Origin: a virus
Lineage: Duplodnaviria; Caudoviricetes
DNA: 24,759 bases
Strand: one strand, 5' to 3'
Virus record (IMG/VR): IMGVR_UViG_3300020045_014754
Span: 1 to 24,759 of that record
Within the stretch, counting starts at the first letter, position 1. Each line of letters starts with the position of its first letter. The position numbers and the translations under genes are program-made. Below are positions 17,042-24,759 of this stretch, one piece after another. The notes under the pieces were generated by a model. The model was not told the DNA's origin and did not search any database. It saw only the letters and a list, made by a program, of their open reading frames with translations.

Positions 17042-17639
17042 AATATGTCATAGTATTTAGTTGAACAAAACAATCTTTACCGTAATCCTCTTTGTGAATT
17101 TCAAGAAACTGAAAAAGTGAAATATTACTTTCTGAAAAACCAAAACCAGCCCATTGAACAAAATCATTCCAAGCATCAACTCTTTTATTTTTGGAACTTT
17201 CTTGAGTAGTATTATCTGCTTTTGCTTTTGATTCTCCAGTGCCTGTATTTAGCGTTCTGGTATTTAATGAGTAATAAAAAAACACATAAGGAGCTAATAG
17301 TGATTCATAGATTTTAACATCTTGAATTGTTGCTATTTCTGTAACAATACCTTTCCAGTTTTTAGTTTTTGAATTATCACAAGGATCTGGAAAAGAATAA
17401 CCGTTTAATAAACGATTCCACTTTGCATTTGCTCCTGTTATTAATTTCCAATAAGAACCGTCTAATTCCAGGTTAAGCATAAAATCTTTATACAAAGTTT
17501 CTCCAAGCAATAAACGTAAACATTCTGTTTCATGCTTTTGAATTTGAATCAAAAGTTGAGTATCAACGTTTACTTCTGTTGAATTAATATTTGCAATATG
17601 ATAGTTGCCGTACGAGAAATTAGATAGTCTGGTAAACAT
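17031..17639 (-). CDS. Putative head-tail adaptor/connector protein
   Basis: 202 aa, LRLLLGETLY motif, gene order after capsid. Confidence 0.55.
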   Translation of the reverse strand: MFTRLSNFSYGNYHIANINSTEVNVDTQLLIQIQKHETECLRLLLGETLYKDFMLNLELDGSYWKLITGANAKWNRLLNGYSFPDPCDNSKTKNWKGIVTEIATIQDVKIYESLLAPYVFFYYSLNTRTLNTGTGESKAKADNTTQESSKNKRVDAWNDFVQWAGFGFSESNISLFQFLEIHKEDYGKDCFVQLNTMTYYDI

Positions 17640-17642
17640 GGT

Positions 17643-17969
17643 TTATAGTTTTTTTACAACTTCTTTACTTTCATAAATTGCCAATGCAACATCTGAAACT
17701 TCTTGAGATTGTCCTTTTTTGAAATAACCAAAATCTTTAGTAAATTCTACCAATGTTTTGTTGGTTAAATTAACCGTTGCAGCAGTTCCACCTTTTTTAT
17801 AATTTTCAAGGGTTTCAGCTCCTTTTTTATCATAAAACTCTTTTGTGATTCCTGCACTTTTAGCTCCTTTTTCAGATGCTTTAGTTGCTGCTTTTTTTTC
17901 TGCATTGTAAGCTTTTAAATCCTCTGGACCTAATAAAGCTATTTCTTCTGTTGTTTTTTCTACAAACAT
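17643..17969 (-). CDS. Hypothetical head-associated protein (108 aa; start revised to MFVEK)
   Basis: Track start 18008 lies inside the terminator loop; ATG 17969 has an A-rich leader. Confidence 0.65.
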   Translation of the reverse strand: MFVEKTTEEIALLGPEDLKAYNAEKKAATKASEKGAKSAGITKEFYDKKGAETLENYKKGGTAATVNLTNKTLVEFTKDFGYFKKGQSQEVSDVALAIYESKEVVKKL

Positions 17970-17994
17970 GATTTTGTGTTTTTTTGTTATTATT

Positions 17995-18024
17995 AAAAAC
18001 CTATCCATATTTCAGGATAGGTTT
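17995..18024 (-). terminator. Intrinsic terminator after major capsid gene
   Basis: AAACCTATCC-atatttca-GGATAGGTTT with U-tract on the minus strand. Confidence 0.75.
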
Positions 18025-18031
18025 ATTTTTT

Positions 18032-19348
18032 TTATTCAGCAGTAATCAAAGTTTTCACATTTGTGAAAGTATCTTTTACCAATCCGATTTTAGTAGCATC
18101 TGGAATGATCACGGCAAAGAATTTCTCCAATACGTGAGTTCTGATGTTTCTTGAAAGTCCAGTAGCTGCATTGGTTGCAACTGCATCAGTACGTCCATCT
18201 GTTTCCATGTACATTAAAACAGAATCTACACCAACTTTTACCGTTGAAAAGATATCTCCAGTTACAAACTCATCAACTCCTAAAGTTGAATCCTTAATAA
18301 TTGGAATGTAAACACCGCCCCAATCTAAACCATTTTGAAGAATGTTTACTGACTGTCCATTTGACAAGGTGTAAATGCCATCAGCATTCTTTTCTTGTTT
18401 CATGTTTCTCCAGGCGATTGGATTCATCATAAAAGCAGTTACATTGAAACCAAGATTTTCAATTGTTGCAATTACAGCCCCCATCGCATCGTAATTGTTT
18501 GGATTGGTATTGATCGCCAAAGCAGCGTCGGGAGTAAATGCACTCGCACCTGCCTTAACAGCAGTAAGGACTACGTTTGGCAACTTATCGTTAACCAATT
18601 CCGAAAACTTCTGAACCATACGGTTAACCAACGCAGGGAAGAATCTTCTCAATTTTGTTGTGGTAAACCACATAACCGCAACTGGTTCAGCTGATTTCTC
18701 TTGAGTTGCAAAAGTTTCTTTTACAATTGGTTTCAATTTACATTCTGATGTGATTTCAGCGGTACCTGTTACGGTTTCGTTGATAACAATCAAAGTGGCT
18801 GAATCCATTGGCTGAACATCAACTAAATCAAGGATTTTAGAAGCTGGACTTCTGTAACCAAAATATCCTAACAATTTACCCATCAAAGTCTGAACTCCCG
18901 ATCCAACAACTCCAGTAGATCCAGCAGCTGGAAAATCAGTGCTGTTGATTGTATTTACCGACATGACATCAGTAGATGCAATTGCTTTTGAAGTATCCAT
19001 TGAGAATCCTTCTTTTACAGTATGGGATTCGCCAGAAACGGCTTCATCATACTTCTCTTTGAAAATATTCTCCAAAGAATCCATTTTGCTTTCGGCTGTC
19101 TGTTTTGACATTTCAACAATTTTAATACCTTGAGCTTCGACAGTTTCTTTCAAAGTGTCGATTGTTGATTTTTGTGTATCAACAGTTTCTTTTAGCGTTT
19201 TTGTCGCTTCTTCAACGGCTGTTTTTGCCGCTTCTTTAGCTTCTTCTTTAGAAAGTTTAGCTTCGTGTTCTCTTTTTTCTGTAGAATACTGATCTCTTTC
19301 AGTTTCTGACATCGCCTTTAATTCGGCTTCGTTTTTGTACTTAAACAT
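18032..19348 (-). CDS. Major capsid protein, HK97 fold with N-terminal coiled-coil (delta-like) domain
   Basis: 438 aa after protease; charged coiled-coil N-terminus; AFMMNPIAWRNMKQEKNADGIY motif. Confidence 0.88.
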   Translation of the reverse strand: MFKYKNEAELKAMSETERDQYSTEKREHEAKLSKEEAKEAAKTAVEEATKTLKETVDTQKSTIDTLKETVEAQGIKIVEMSKQTAESKMDSLENIFKEKYDEAVSGESHTVKEGFSMDTSKAIASTDVMSVNTINSTDFPAAGSTGVVGSGVQTLMGKLLGYFGYRSPASKILDLVDVQPMDSATLIVINETVTGTAEITSECKLKPIVKETFATQEKSAEPVAVMWFTTTKLRRFFPALVNRMVQKFSELVNDKLPNVVLTAVKAGASAFTPDAALAINTNPNNYDAMGAVIATIENLGFNVTAFMMNPIAWRNMKQEKNADGIYTLSNGQSVNILQNGLDWGGVYIPIIKDSTLGVDEFVTGDIFSTVKVGVDSVLMYMETDGRTDAVATNAATGLSRNIRTHVLEKFFAVIIPDATKIGLVKDTFTNVKTLITAE

Positions 19349-19351
19349 AAT

Positions 19352-20173
19352 TTAATAGATGTTTGAGTTAATAAATATTTCTTTTTTCTCGATTTGAGTG
19401 TCTTCCAACGGCTCGGGATTTGGAGGAGTGCTATTATCAGCGGCTTCTTCTTTATTTTCTGTCACTTCCAATGTTGGAGTGATCCAATTACTACCTTTTA
19501 CAACAGCAGAACCTTCGATTATTTTAGCTTCGGTAACCGCCCAAAAATAATTTTTAGCCTCTACATCTTCTTTGTTTGCAACATATTTGATGTATTTGTT
19601 CCAGTTTTCCAATTGATCTGGATAAGCATCTGAATTGATGCAGAAATACTCTTTTATGTATCGCATTCTAACGGAATGATTTCGAACATATCCTTTTTGA
19701 TACTGACCAAACATATACTCATTTCGCTCTTTGTCAATAACAGAATCAAATACTAAAGCTTCGGTTTCGCCATCTAAATCAAGACCTAAATCTTTCCAAG
19801 CGTATTTTTTGGTGTATGCTTTGATTTCTTCAGTTATAATGCCTTTGAAACTTAAATCGTGTTCTTGACATAAATAAAAGATTTTGCTTTCTGATAAAGA
19901 TTTTTTCCATATACCAGGAATGTGAACGTCGGTATGGCTATCCATCAATCCAGTTGTATTAATGATACATCTGACTTTTAGAGTTGTAGCATCTGGATTT
20001 GGTTCTGCATCTGCTTTCAAACGTTCGCCTTTTTCATCAACTGCAAATGACATGAAAGAAAAAGCATCAGCTTTTTTGCTTTCAGCTTTTCTTTGGTCCG
20101 TTAGGCTGTTTCTGTTTTCAAAAAGCCATTTCATCTGCTCTTCCTGATCTTCGAAATGTTTAATTTTTATCAT
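19352..20173 (-). CDS. Prohead (capsid maturation) protease, HK97-like
   Basis: DSHTDV..PGIWKKSL, QEHD, HSVRM, EGSAVVKGSN motifs; between portal and capsid. Confidence 0.82.
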   Translation of the reverse strand: MIKIKHFEDQEEQMKWLFENRNSLTDQRKAESKKADAFSFMSFAVDEKGERLKADAEPNPDATTLKVRCIINTTGLMDSHTDVHIPGIWKKSLSESKIFYLCQEHDLSFKGIITEEIKAYTKKYAWKDLGLDLDGETEALVFDSVIDKERNEYMFGQYQKGYVRNHSVRMRYIKEYFCINSDAYPDQLENWNKYIKYVANKEDVEAKNYFWAVTEAKIIEGSAVVKGSNWITPTLEVTENKEEAADNSTPPNPEPLEDTQIEKKEIFINSNIY

Positions 20174-20307
20174 TTTGAAACGGTGTTATCTTTTGACATT
20201 CTTTTTAAGCGGTTTTCAATCGCTCTTTGCATTTGTGGATCATCTGTTTTAGTTGCAATTTCTTTCAACTGTTCAGCATCTTTTGGTAACTTTTTACCTA
20301 AACTCAT
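20170..20307 (-). CDS. Hypothetical 45-aa protein between portal and protease (not in ORF track)
   Basis: MSLGKKLPKDAEQLKEIATKTDDPQMQRAIENRLKRMSKDNTVSK; ATGA overlaps at both ends. Confidence 0.7.
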   Translation of the reverse strand: MSLGKKLPKDAEQLKEIATKTDDPQMQRAIENRLKRMSKDNTVSK

Positions 20308-21497
20308 GACAATATATTTTTAGATTGAAGAATCTTTTTATACTCACTTTCGTTAATTATATTTTTATCAAACAGAGTTCCATACTGATCAATGGTTTTG
20401 CCATTTGTTGTCTGAATTCTTTCCTGAATAAGGGACATTGAATTCAAGTGATTAAAATCAACTTTAATCGGTTTTTTGGTTGGAAATTCAGCATTTAAAG
20501 AACTAATTAAATTTTCTGCCATTGGATAAACTTCATTTTCAATCAATCCAACTTCAGCAACTTCTTTGTTTTCAAATGTGGCATTTTTGCCGTATGGACT
20601 TAACTCAATTGGAAAATTGTAAGCATCATAAACCGCCAAAATATCCGTTTCAACAATCTCATAAAACTTAACTGTATTTAGTTCAGATGATAAGTTTTTG
20701 GCATCTAAACCTTTTGATGAAACAATAATTCTATTAACCAAACCTCGACTGGAAAAACGATCTTCCATTTCTTCTTTTTGAGTTTTCAAACCTCCACCCA
20801 TTACAGGAACTGGAGCATTCAAACCTTCATCAATATTATTTCCTGCTGATGTTTGCTTTGGCGAAACTATTGTGGTTCCTGAATTCTCAATTTGTATTCC
20901 TTTTGCTAATTGAGCATCTCGGATATTTTCTACTTGTGTTTTTAAAGGTGTTATTCTTGAATATCCTTTTTTTGTTTTATTGTTTCTAACACTATCAAAG
21001 AATAATATTACATCTGATAATAGTATTGTTTCTGCTTTTCCATCGATTTCAGTTGTAAGTTTATCTCCATTTATATCTGTATTATCAGGATCTAAATTGA
21101 TTAATTCCAAAGTTGAAAAATTTCCAAATGACTTGTATTTTTTCCAGATTGCTGTCCACCCAGCCGATAATAAAAAAACAGAAAACTCTTTTAAAAATTC
21201 TTCCTTTGATTGTGTATCGTTTGGATTGTTGATTTTATCCAACAACTCACTTTTATCTTGTTCACTTGAAAAATTGGCACTTGATAATTTGCTGGCAATT
21301 TTATTGAAAACGTTATTTAAAACAAATGTTTGTTTTTGAAGCTTTACGAACTTTGTTGAATCCGGGTAAAATGTTTTTTTGTCATTAGTTCCTATTCCAA
21401 AAACATCAATTTCCATCCTTACTGGCTGTCCGTTAATGGAATTGTTTCTGGTTTCTATACCAAATCTGAATGCTCTTAAAGATTCCCAGAAGCCCAT
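20304..21497 (-). CDS. Portal protein (HK97-like)
   Basis: 397 aa; INNPNDTQSKEEF, GYSRITPL, ATFENKE motifs; between terL and protease. Confidence 0.88.
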   Translation of the reverse strand: MGFWESLRAFRFGIETRNNSINGQPVRMEIDVFGIGTNDKKTFYPDSTKFVKLQKQTFVLNNVFNKIASKLSSANFSSEQDKSELLDKINNPNDTQSKEEFLKEFSVFLLSAGWTAIWKKYKSFGNFSTLELINLDPDNTDINGDKLTTEIDGKAETILLSDVILFFDSVRNNKTKKGYSRITPLKTQVENIRDAQLAKGIQIENSGTTIVSPKQTSAGNNIDEGLNAPVPVMGGGLKTQKEEMEDRFSSRGLVNRIIVSSKGLDAKNLSSELNTVKFYEIVETDILAVYDAYNFPIELSPYGKNATFENKEVAEVGLIENEVYPMAENLISSLNAEFPTKKPIKVDFNHLNSMSLIQERIQTTNGKTIDQYGTLFDKNIINESEYKKILQSKNILS

Positions 21498-21518
21498 ATT
21501 GTTTTTTTAATTTATCTC

Positions 21519-21549
21519 AACAAATGTAGAAAATATTTTCTTATTTATA
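21519..21549. repeat. 31-bp exact direct repeat, copy 2
   Basis: Identical to 5725-5755. Confidence 0.95.
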
Positions 21550-21563
21550 ATGTTTATAAATAA
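21519..21563 (-). promoter_or_regulatory. Late-type promoter copy 2: TACATTTG plus 23-bp palindromic operator, Fur-box-like
   Basis: TACATTTG at 21528-21521, 23 nt before portal ATG; TTATTTATA-atgtt-TATAAATAA at 21541-21563. Confidence 0.8.
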
Positions 21564-21576
21564 AGATTTTAAGTAT

Positions 21577-21607
21577 AAAAAAACCGCTAACTGAATTAGC
21601 GGTTTTT
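21577..21607. terminator. Intrinsic terminator ending the terminase transcript (bidirectional form)
   Basis: AAAAACCGCTAA-ctgaa-TTAGCGGTTTTT; seven U on the minus strand. Confidence 0.85.
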
Positions 21608-21610
21608 GAT

Positions 21611-21820
21611 TTAGTTTTTCATTCTATTAAATAACCTCCTGATTATAAATCCTCTCAAAAAACTTGCAATAAAAAATACTGCTGTAGTTATTAAGTTCTG
21701 ATTGATGCTTATTTTTATTCCGAGTAATGGATAAATCCAGAGTTGAATTAAAAATGAAATTAATAATCCAGTAATAATATTAACTGTTGTTTCGAGTAAA
21801 CTATTTTTTATACTTTGCAT
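21611..21820 (-). CDS. Small two-TM phage membrane protein (DUF7220-like)
   Basis: MQS..SLLETTVN...IYPLLGI...QNL.IT..F...S..R....RRLFN pattern of a widespread phage family, recognised from memory. Confidence 0.7.
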   Translation of the reverse strand: MQSIKNSLLETTVNIITGLLISFLIQLWIYPLLGIKISINQNLITTAVFFIASFLRGFIIRRLFNRMKN

Positions 21821-21822
21821 AA

Positions 21823-22077
21823 TTATTCAATTTTCCATCCTTGAGCTTGCAAAAACCAACGCCCGTTGCTTTCCGAACCTCGTAAATTGATTTGAACTTT
21901 TACTTCTTGACCGATTGCGATATTGTCTAAAAGCGAAGTTTTGTCTTTTACAAAATCAATCGGTATTTTTTGAGGATATTGTTCAGCGGTTTCAACTACC
22001 ACTAATCTTTTTGTAAATCCATTTTGACCTACACTTTCTGTTTGTCCAACAAAGACAACTTTTCCTGATACTTCCAT
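21823..22077 (-). CDS. DUF3127 family OB-fold (SSB/PriB-like) protein
   Basis: MEVSGK...GFTKR..VVET.EQYPQKI..DF..DK...V..NLRG.E....WF....GWKIE. Confidence 0.85.
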   Translation of the reverse strand: MEVSGKVVFVGQTESVGQNGFTKRLVVVETAEQYPQKIPIDFVKDKTSLLDNIAIGQEVKVQINLRGSESNGRWFLQAQGWKIE

Positions 22078-22096
22078 TTTATTGATTTTAAATTAA

Positions 22097-23611
22097 TTAT
22101 TGATTTGTCATAAACAGATGTCTTAAATTCGCCCAAATGTATCTCATCATTTCAGTCAAAGCATCTTCAGCGTCATCATGTCCATCTTCGTGTTTTCCAG
22201 TTTTAGGATAAGATTGTAAGTGTTTAATGAATTGCTTATATTCCTGACTGCTATTTTCATCTGGTTCTACAAAATAAATATAAGATATGAATTGCGCCCA
22301 GGCACTTATTCTTTGCTCTTTATTGCCTTCGCTGTAATATCCTGAAACATTCACACCCATCGATTGTAATAGTGTTACAAAAACACTTCCTTGGTTGTTC
22401 ACTTCAATTTTATTGACAACTGAATTATGTTGTTCGATTTTGCTTTTTATTTTTAGTGAAGTAATCCTGCTTGGTTCTTGAGTATATATCGCATCAAATA
22501 CGTAAATTTTATTTTTATTGATTTCGACAAATGGAGTAGCAAAATAATCACTTCCAGTATCAGCAACATCAGTAAATGAATATCTAATGGCGCTTTCTCT
22601 ATTTTCTGGTAATGTTTTTACGAAATTCAATTTTCCGTATAATAAACCTTCTTCGGTTTCAGACGCTTGATTGAATTGGATATTATAAGCCATTTCGGAA
22701 ATAGGTTTGCTATCATCCACCAAACCCATTTTAGTCGATTTTAGAATATCCCTGCTCAATCGTAAAGGATCCAATAATCCATCAATGTAGAAGTTTTCTA
22801 TTTCTTTAGGTTCGATATTTTTATAAACATTTTCGGCTGGCAAACATATGTGTCTGCATTCATCTTTAAAAACACTCAAGCAATGTGCAGTAGTATCTTT
22901 GCTCGATAATCTTTGTTCTACTAAAATATAAGGCGTTTTGGCTTTGTCCTTTTTTCTGGTCTGAAATGCCTTGAATTGATTGATTGCTCGTTTTCTTTCA
23001 GCTGGACTATCAGCAATACCAACATCCATTCTATCATCGTCAATTAGAATACTAGCGTGTTTTCCAGTAACAGATCCATTGGTAGAAAATGAATAACGTA
23101 CACCACCTTTATCTGTTTGGTAAAATGTTTTTGCCGATACATCCCTCCTTATTTTCACATCTGGAAAATAGGATTTGAATTTATCGCTTTCGATTATATC
23201 TTTTGATTTAGAAGAAAACTCATTGGCGTTACTTGCTGATACTGTATTTGTCATTGCAGTTTTGGAACTGTCAATCGCCCAAATCCAAGCAGGCAACATT
23301 CTGGACGTAATCGTACTTTTTGATGTACCTGGAGGAATATTAAAAAGTAAATTCTTTTTAATATCGGTTGTGATTCCAGAATACCATTTATCATCTGAAA
23401 TATGTGGTTTTCTGTCTAAAACATATTTATCTGCAACCAATTGTATTTCATCACACATATACTCGATATGCCAGTTATGTACATACGGATCAGTAATAAT
23501 AATATCCCAAAACTCTTTCACAAAATAAAAAAGAGAGCGTTTGCACCTCTCTGATTTTACTTGAATTAATGATGGGATTTGTGTTGACAAAATAGGTTTT
23601 GTTTTATTCAA
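22097..23611 (-). CDS. terL: Terminase large subunit
   Basis: Walker A-like NIPPGTSKS, Walker B ILIDDD, nuclease motifs TDVADTGSDY and HDDAEDALT. Confidence 0.93.
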   Translation of the reverse strand: MNKTKPILSTQIPSLIQVKSERCKRSLFYFVKEFWDIIITDPYVHNWHIEYMCDEIQLVADKYVLDRKPHISDDKWYSGITTDIKKNLLFNIPPGTSKSTITSRMLPAWIWAIDSSKTAMTNTVSASNANEFSSKSKDIIESDKFKSYFPDVKIRRDVSAKTFYQTDKGGVRYSFSTNGSVTGKHASILIDDDRMDVGIADSPAERKRAINQFKAFQTRKKDKAKTPYILVEQRLSSKDTTAHCLSVFKDECRHICLPAENVYKNIEPKEIENFYIDGLLDPLRLSRDILKSTKMGLVDDSKPISEMAYNIQFNQASETEEGLLYGKLNFVKTLPENRESAIRYSFTDVADTGSDYFATPFVEINKNKIYVFDAIYTQEPSRITSLKIKSKIEQHNSVVNKIEVNNQGSVFVTLLQSMGVNVSGYYSEGNKEQRISAWAQFISYIYFVEPDENSSQEYKQFIKHLQSYPKTGKHEDGHDDAEDALTEMMRYIWANLRHLFMTNQ

Positions 23612-23771
23612 TTAGGTTTAAAAGATTTTCTACTTGATTTGTAGCACATTCAACCGTATTATCAATTTCGGTAAATATTCCAACGGTGTCATCTCCATTT
23701 AATGATTTGATATAATTTTCATTATATTTTAGCATTGCTTTTATTAATTGTTCTTTAGTGTAATTTTTCAT
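23604..23771 (-). CDS. Hypothetical 55-aa protein between terS and terL (start revised to MKNYT)
   Basis: ATG 23771 lies after the terS stop with an A-rich leader; stop overlaps the terL start. Confidence 0.6.
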   Translation of the reverse strand: MKNYTKEQLIKAMLKYNENYIKSLNGDDTVGIFTEIDNTVECATNQVENLLNLIE

Positions 23772-23787
23772 TTTATTTTTTTTTAGA

Positions 23788-24351
23788 TTATTGTTCATCT
23801 TGTGAATATGCTTTTTCAATTTCATCTAATGCTGCATCTGAAAGTTTAGAAACATCAATTGAAATATTTGATTCTGGTTTCTTTTGCTTATTATCAACTT
23901 CATAAAAACCAATATGCTTGTTGATTTTCTCAATGGTCCATTCTTTACCGTGAAGTTTTATTTCGATACCATTCAAAGTTTGCTTAATGCTTTCGATGCA
24001 CATCAACTGTTCTTTGGTTAATTTATCGAAATCCTTGAATGTTAATTTTCCTTTTTTGTACTCAACATATTCATCAATTCTGGAATTTCGAAGAATGTTC
24101 AAGTGTCGAAGCATTTCTTCAGTTGTGATATTGAATTTCTTTTCGGCAATTTTAGCAACCTTTGATTGAAGCTCCAGTACACGTGCCGTAACTATGCCGT
24201 TATTAAACAACTCTTGAGCCTTTCGGCTTATGGTTGCTGTTTTCATTCTTGAAGTCGAATAAGCCTCACGATAAGCCGCTGATTTATCTCCCAAACGAAT
24301 GTACGCCTGGCAGAATGATTCTTGCTTAATAGTAAGGTTATTTGATTTCAT
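23788..24351 (-). CDS. terS: Terminase small subunit
   Basis: LTIKQESFCQAYI...AAYREAY N-terminal HTH typical of the Terminase_2 family; upstream of terL. Confidence 0.9.
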   Translation of the reverse strand: MKSNNLTIKQESFCQAYIRLGDKSAAYREAYSTSRMKTATISRKAQELFNNGIVTARVLELQSKVAKIAEKKFNITTEEMLRHLNILRNSRIDEYVEYKKGKLTFKDFDKLTKEQLMCIESIKQTLNGIEIKLHGKEWTIEKINKHIGFYEVDNKQKKPESNISIDVSKLSDAALDEIEKAYSQDEQ

Positions 24352-24353
24352 TT

Positions 24354-24515
24354 TTATTCTGATTTGAAATTTATATGTATTGTAAAAAATAAAAAACCAA
24401 ATGAAAGTGTTTTGGTTTCGAACATTTCCCCAGTATCAACATTTTCAGCAATACAATCAGAAAAATCAACTCCTAATAAAAAACTATCTGTGTTTAATTC
24501 AAATGATATATTCAT
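24354..24515 (-). CDS. Hypothetical 53-aa protein (not in ORF track)
   Basis: MNISFELNTDSFLLGVDFSDCIAENVDTGEMFETKTLSFGFLFFTIHINFKSE; A-rich leader; stops 2 nt before terS. Confidence 0.6.
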   Translation of the reverse strand: MNISFELNTDSFLLGVDFSDCIAENVDTGEMFETKTLSFGFLFFTIHINFKSE

Positions 24516-24569
24516 ATTTTTATTTTTATCTCTACCGTGTGCAACATCTTGACTAAAGCCTTGCTATTA

Positions 24570-24692
24570 CTAGGATTGTGATTTTATCAATTCTCTCAAT
24601 TTTTCATTGATTTCTTCATCATTTTGACCACGTGAAAAAAGATAATCCTGAATTGCTTTGAGTTTTATGAGTTCTAATTCCTTTTCAGACAA
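24570..24692 (-). CDS. Possible 40-aa protein (TTG start)
   Basis: MSEKELELIKLKAIQDYLFSRGQNDEEINEKLRELIKSQS; starts 5 nt after an upstream stop. Confidence 0.45.
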   Translation of the reverse strand: MSEKELELIKLKAIQDYLFSRGQNDEEINEKLRELIKSQS

Positions 24693-24697
24693 TGTTA

Positions 24698-24759
24698 TTA
24701 TTTGAAACTGTATTTTTTAGGTTGAATATCTATTATTTCAGCATCAACACAGGTTTGAA
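24698..24759 (-). CDS. 3' end of an upstream ORF (partial)
   Basis: Open frame ...QTCVDAEIIDIQPKKYSFK* running from the window edge. Confidence 0.4.
   Translation of the reverse strand, partial: QTCVDAEIIDIQPKKYSFK

Noticed and set aside
5725-21549. 31-bp repeats as attL/attR or transposon ends
   Set aside because: No integrase or transposase in the window; both copies sit at promoter distance from start codons and contain the -7 element
364-23528. Plus-strand track ORFs outside 5814-6477 (e.g. 1289-1624, 12951-13373, 20980-21339, 23175-23528)
   Set aside because: Antisense shadows of well-supported minus-strand genes, with no recognisable motifs
24364-24552. 62-aa plus-strand ORF
   Set aside because: Antisense to the better-placed minus-strand ORF 24354-24515 that abuts terS
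1-24759. Stop-codon reassignment, CRISPR array, tRNA/rRNA genes
   Set aside because: Genes are full-length and tightly packed under the standard bacterial code; no repeat-spacer array or structural RNA signature seen by eye
1-24759. Gene transfer agent or tailocin
   Set aside because: Complete head and terminase genes exclude a tailocin; accessory ORFs and mosaic fibres fit an ordinary phage, though domestication cannot be excluded without flanking sequence

Overview
AT-rich window holding the packaging, morphogenesis and start-of-lysis region of a long-tailed (siphovirus-type) phage or prophage. The host is probably Bacteroidota (Flavobacterium-like), inferred from TAnnTTTG promoter elements, A-rich non-Shine-Dalgarno leaders and a DUF3127 gene. 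Almost all genes are on the minus strand and read right to left: terS, small ORF, terL, DUF3127, small membrane protein, terminator, portal, prohead protease, major capsid, connector and tail genes, major tail protein, tape measure, two large tail-tip proteins, three fibre/spike-like proteins (one with an atypical SGNH esterase domain) and holin-like genes. A three-gene plus-strand accessory cassette (5814-6477) interrupts the tail region. The most notable signal is a 45-bp element found twice, before the portal gene and before the fibre/lysis block. It has 31 identical bp and combines a Bacteroidota -7 promoter element with a TTATTTATA-N5-TATAAATAA palindrome resembling the flavobacterial Fur box. 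This suggests that late genes are controlled by a dimeric regulator, possibly a host iron-responsive one. All protein calls come from motif recognition and gene order, not database searches.
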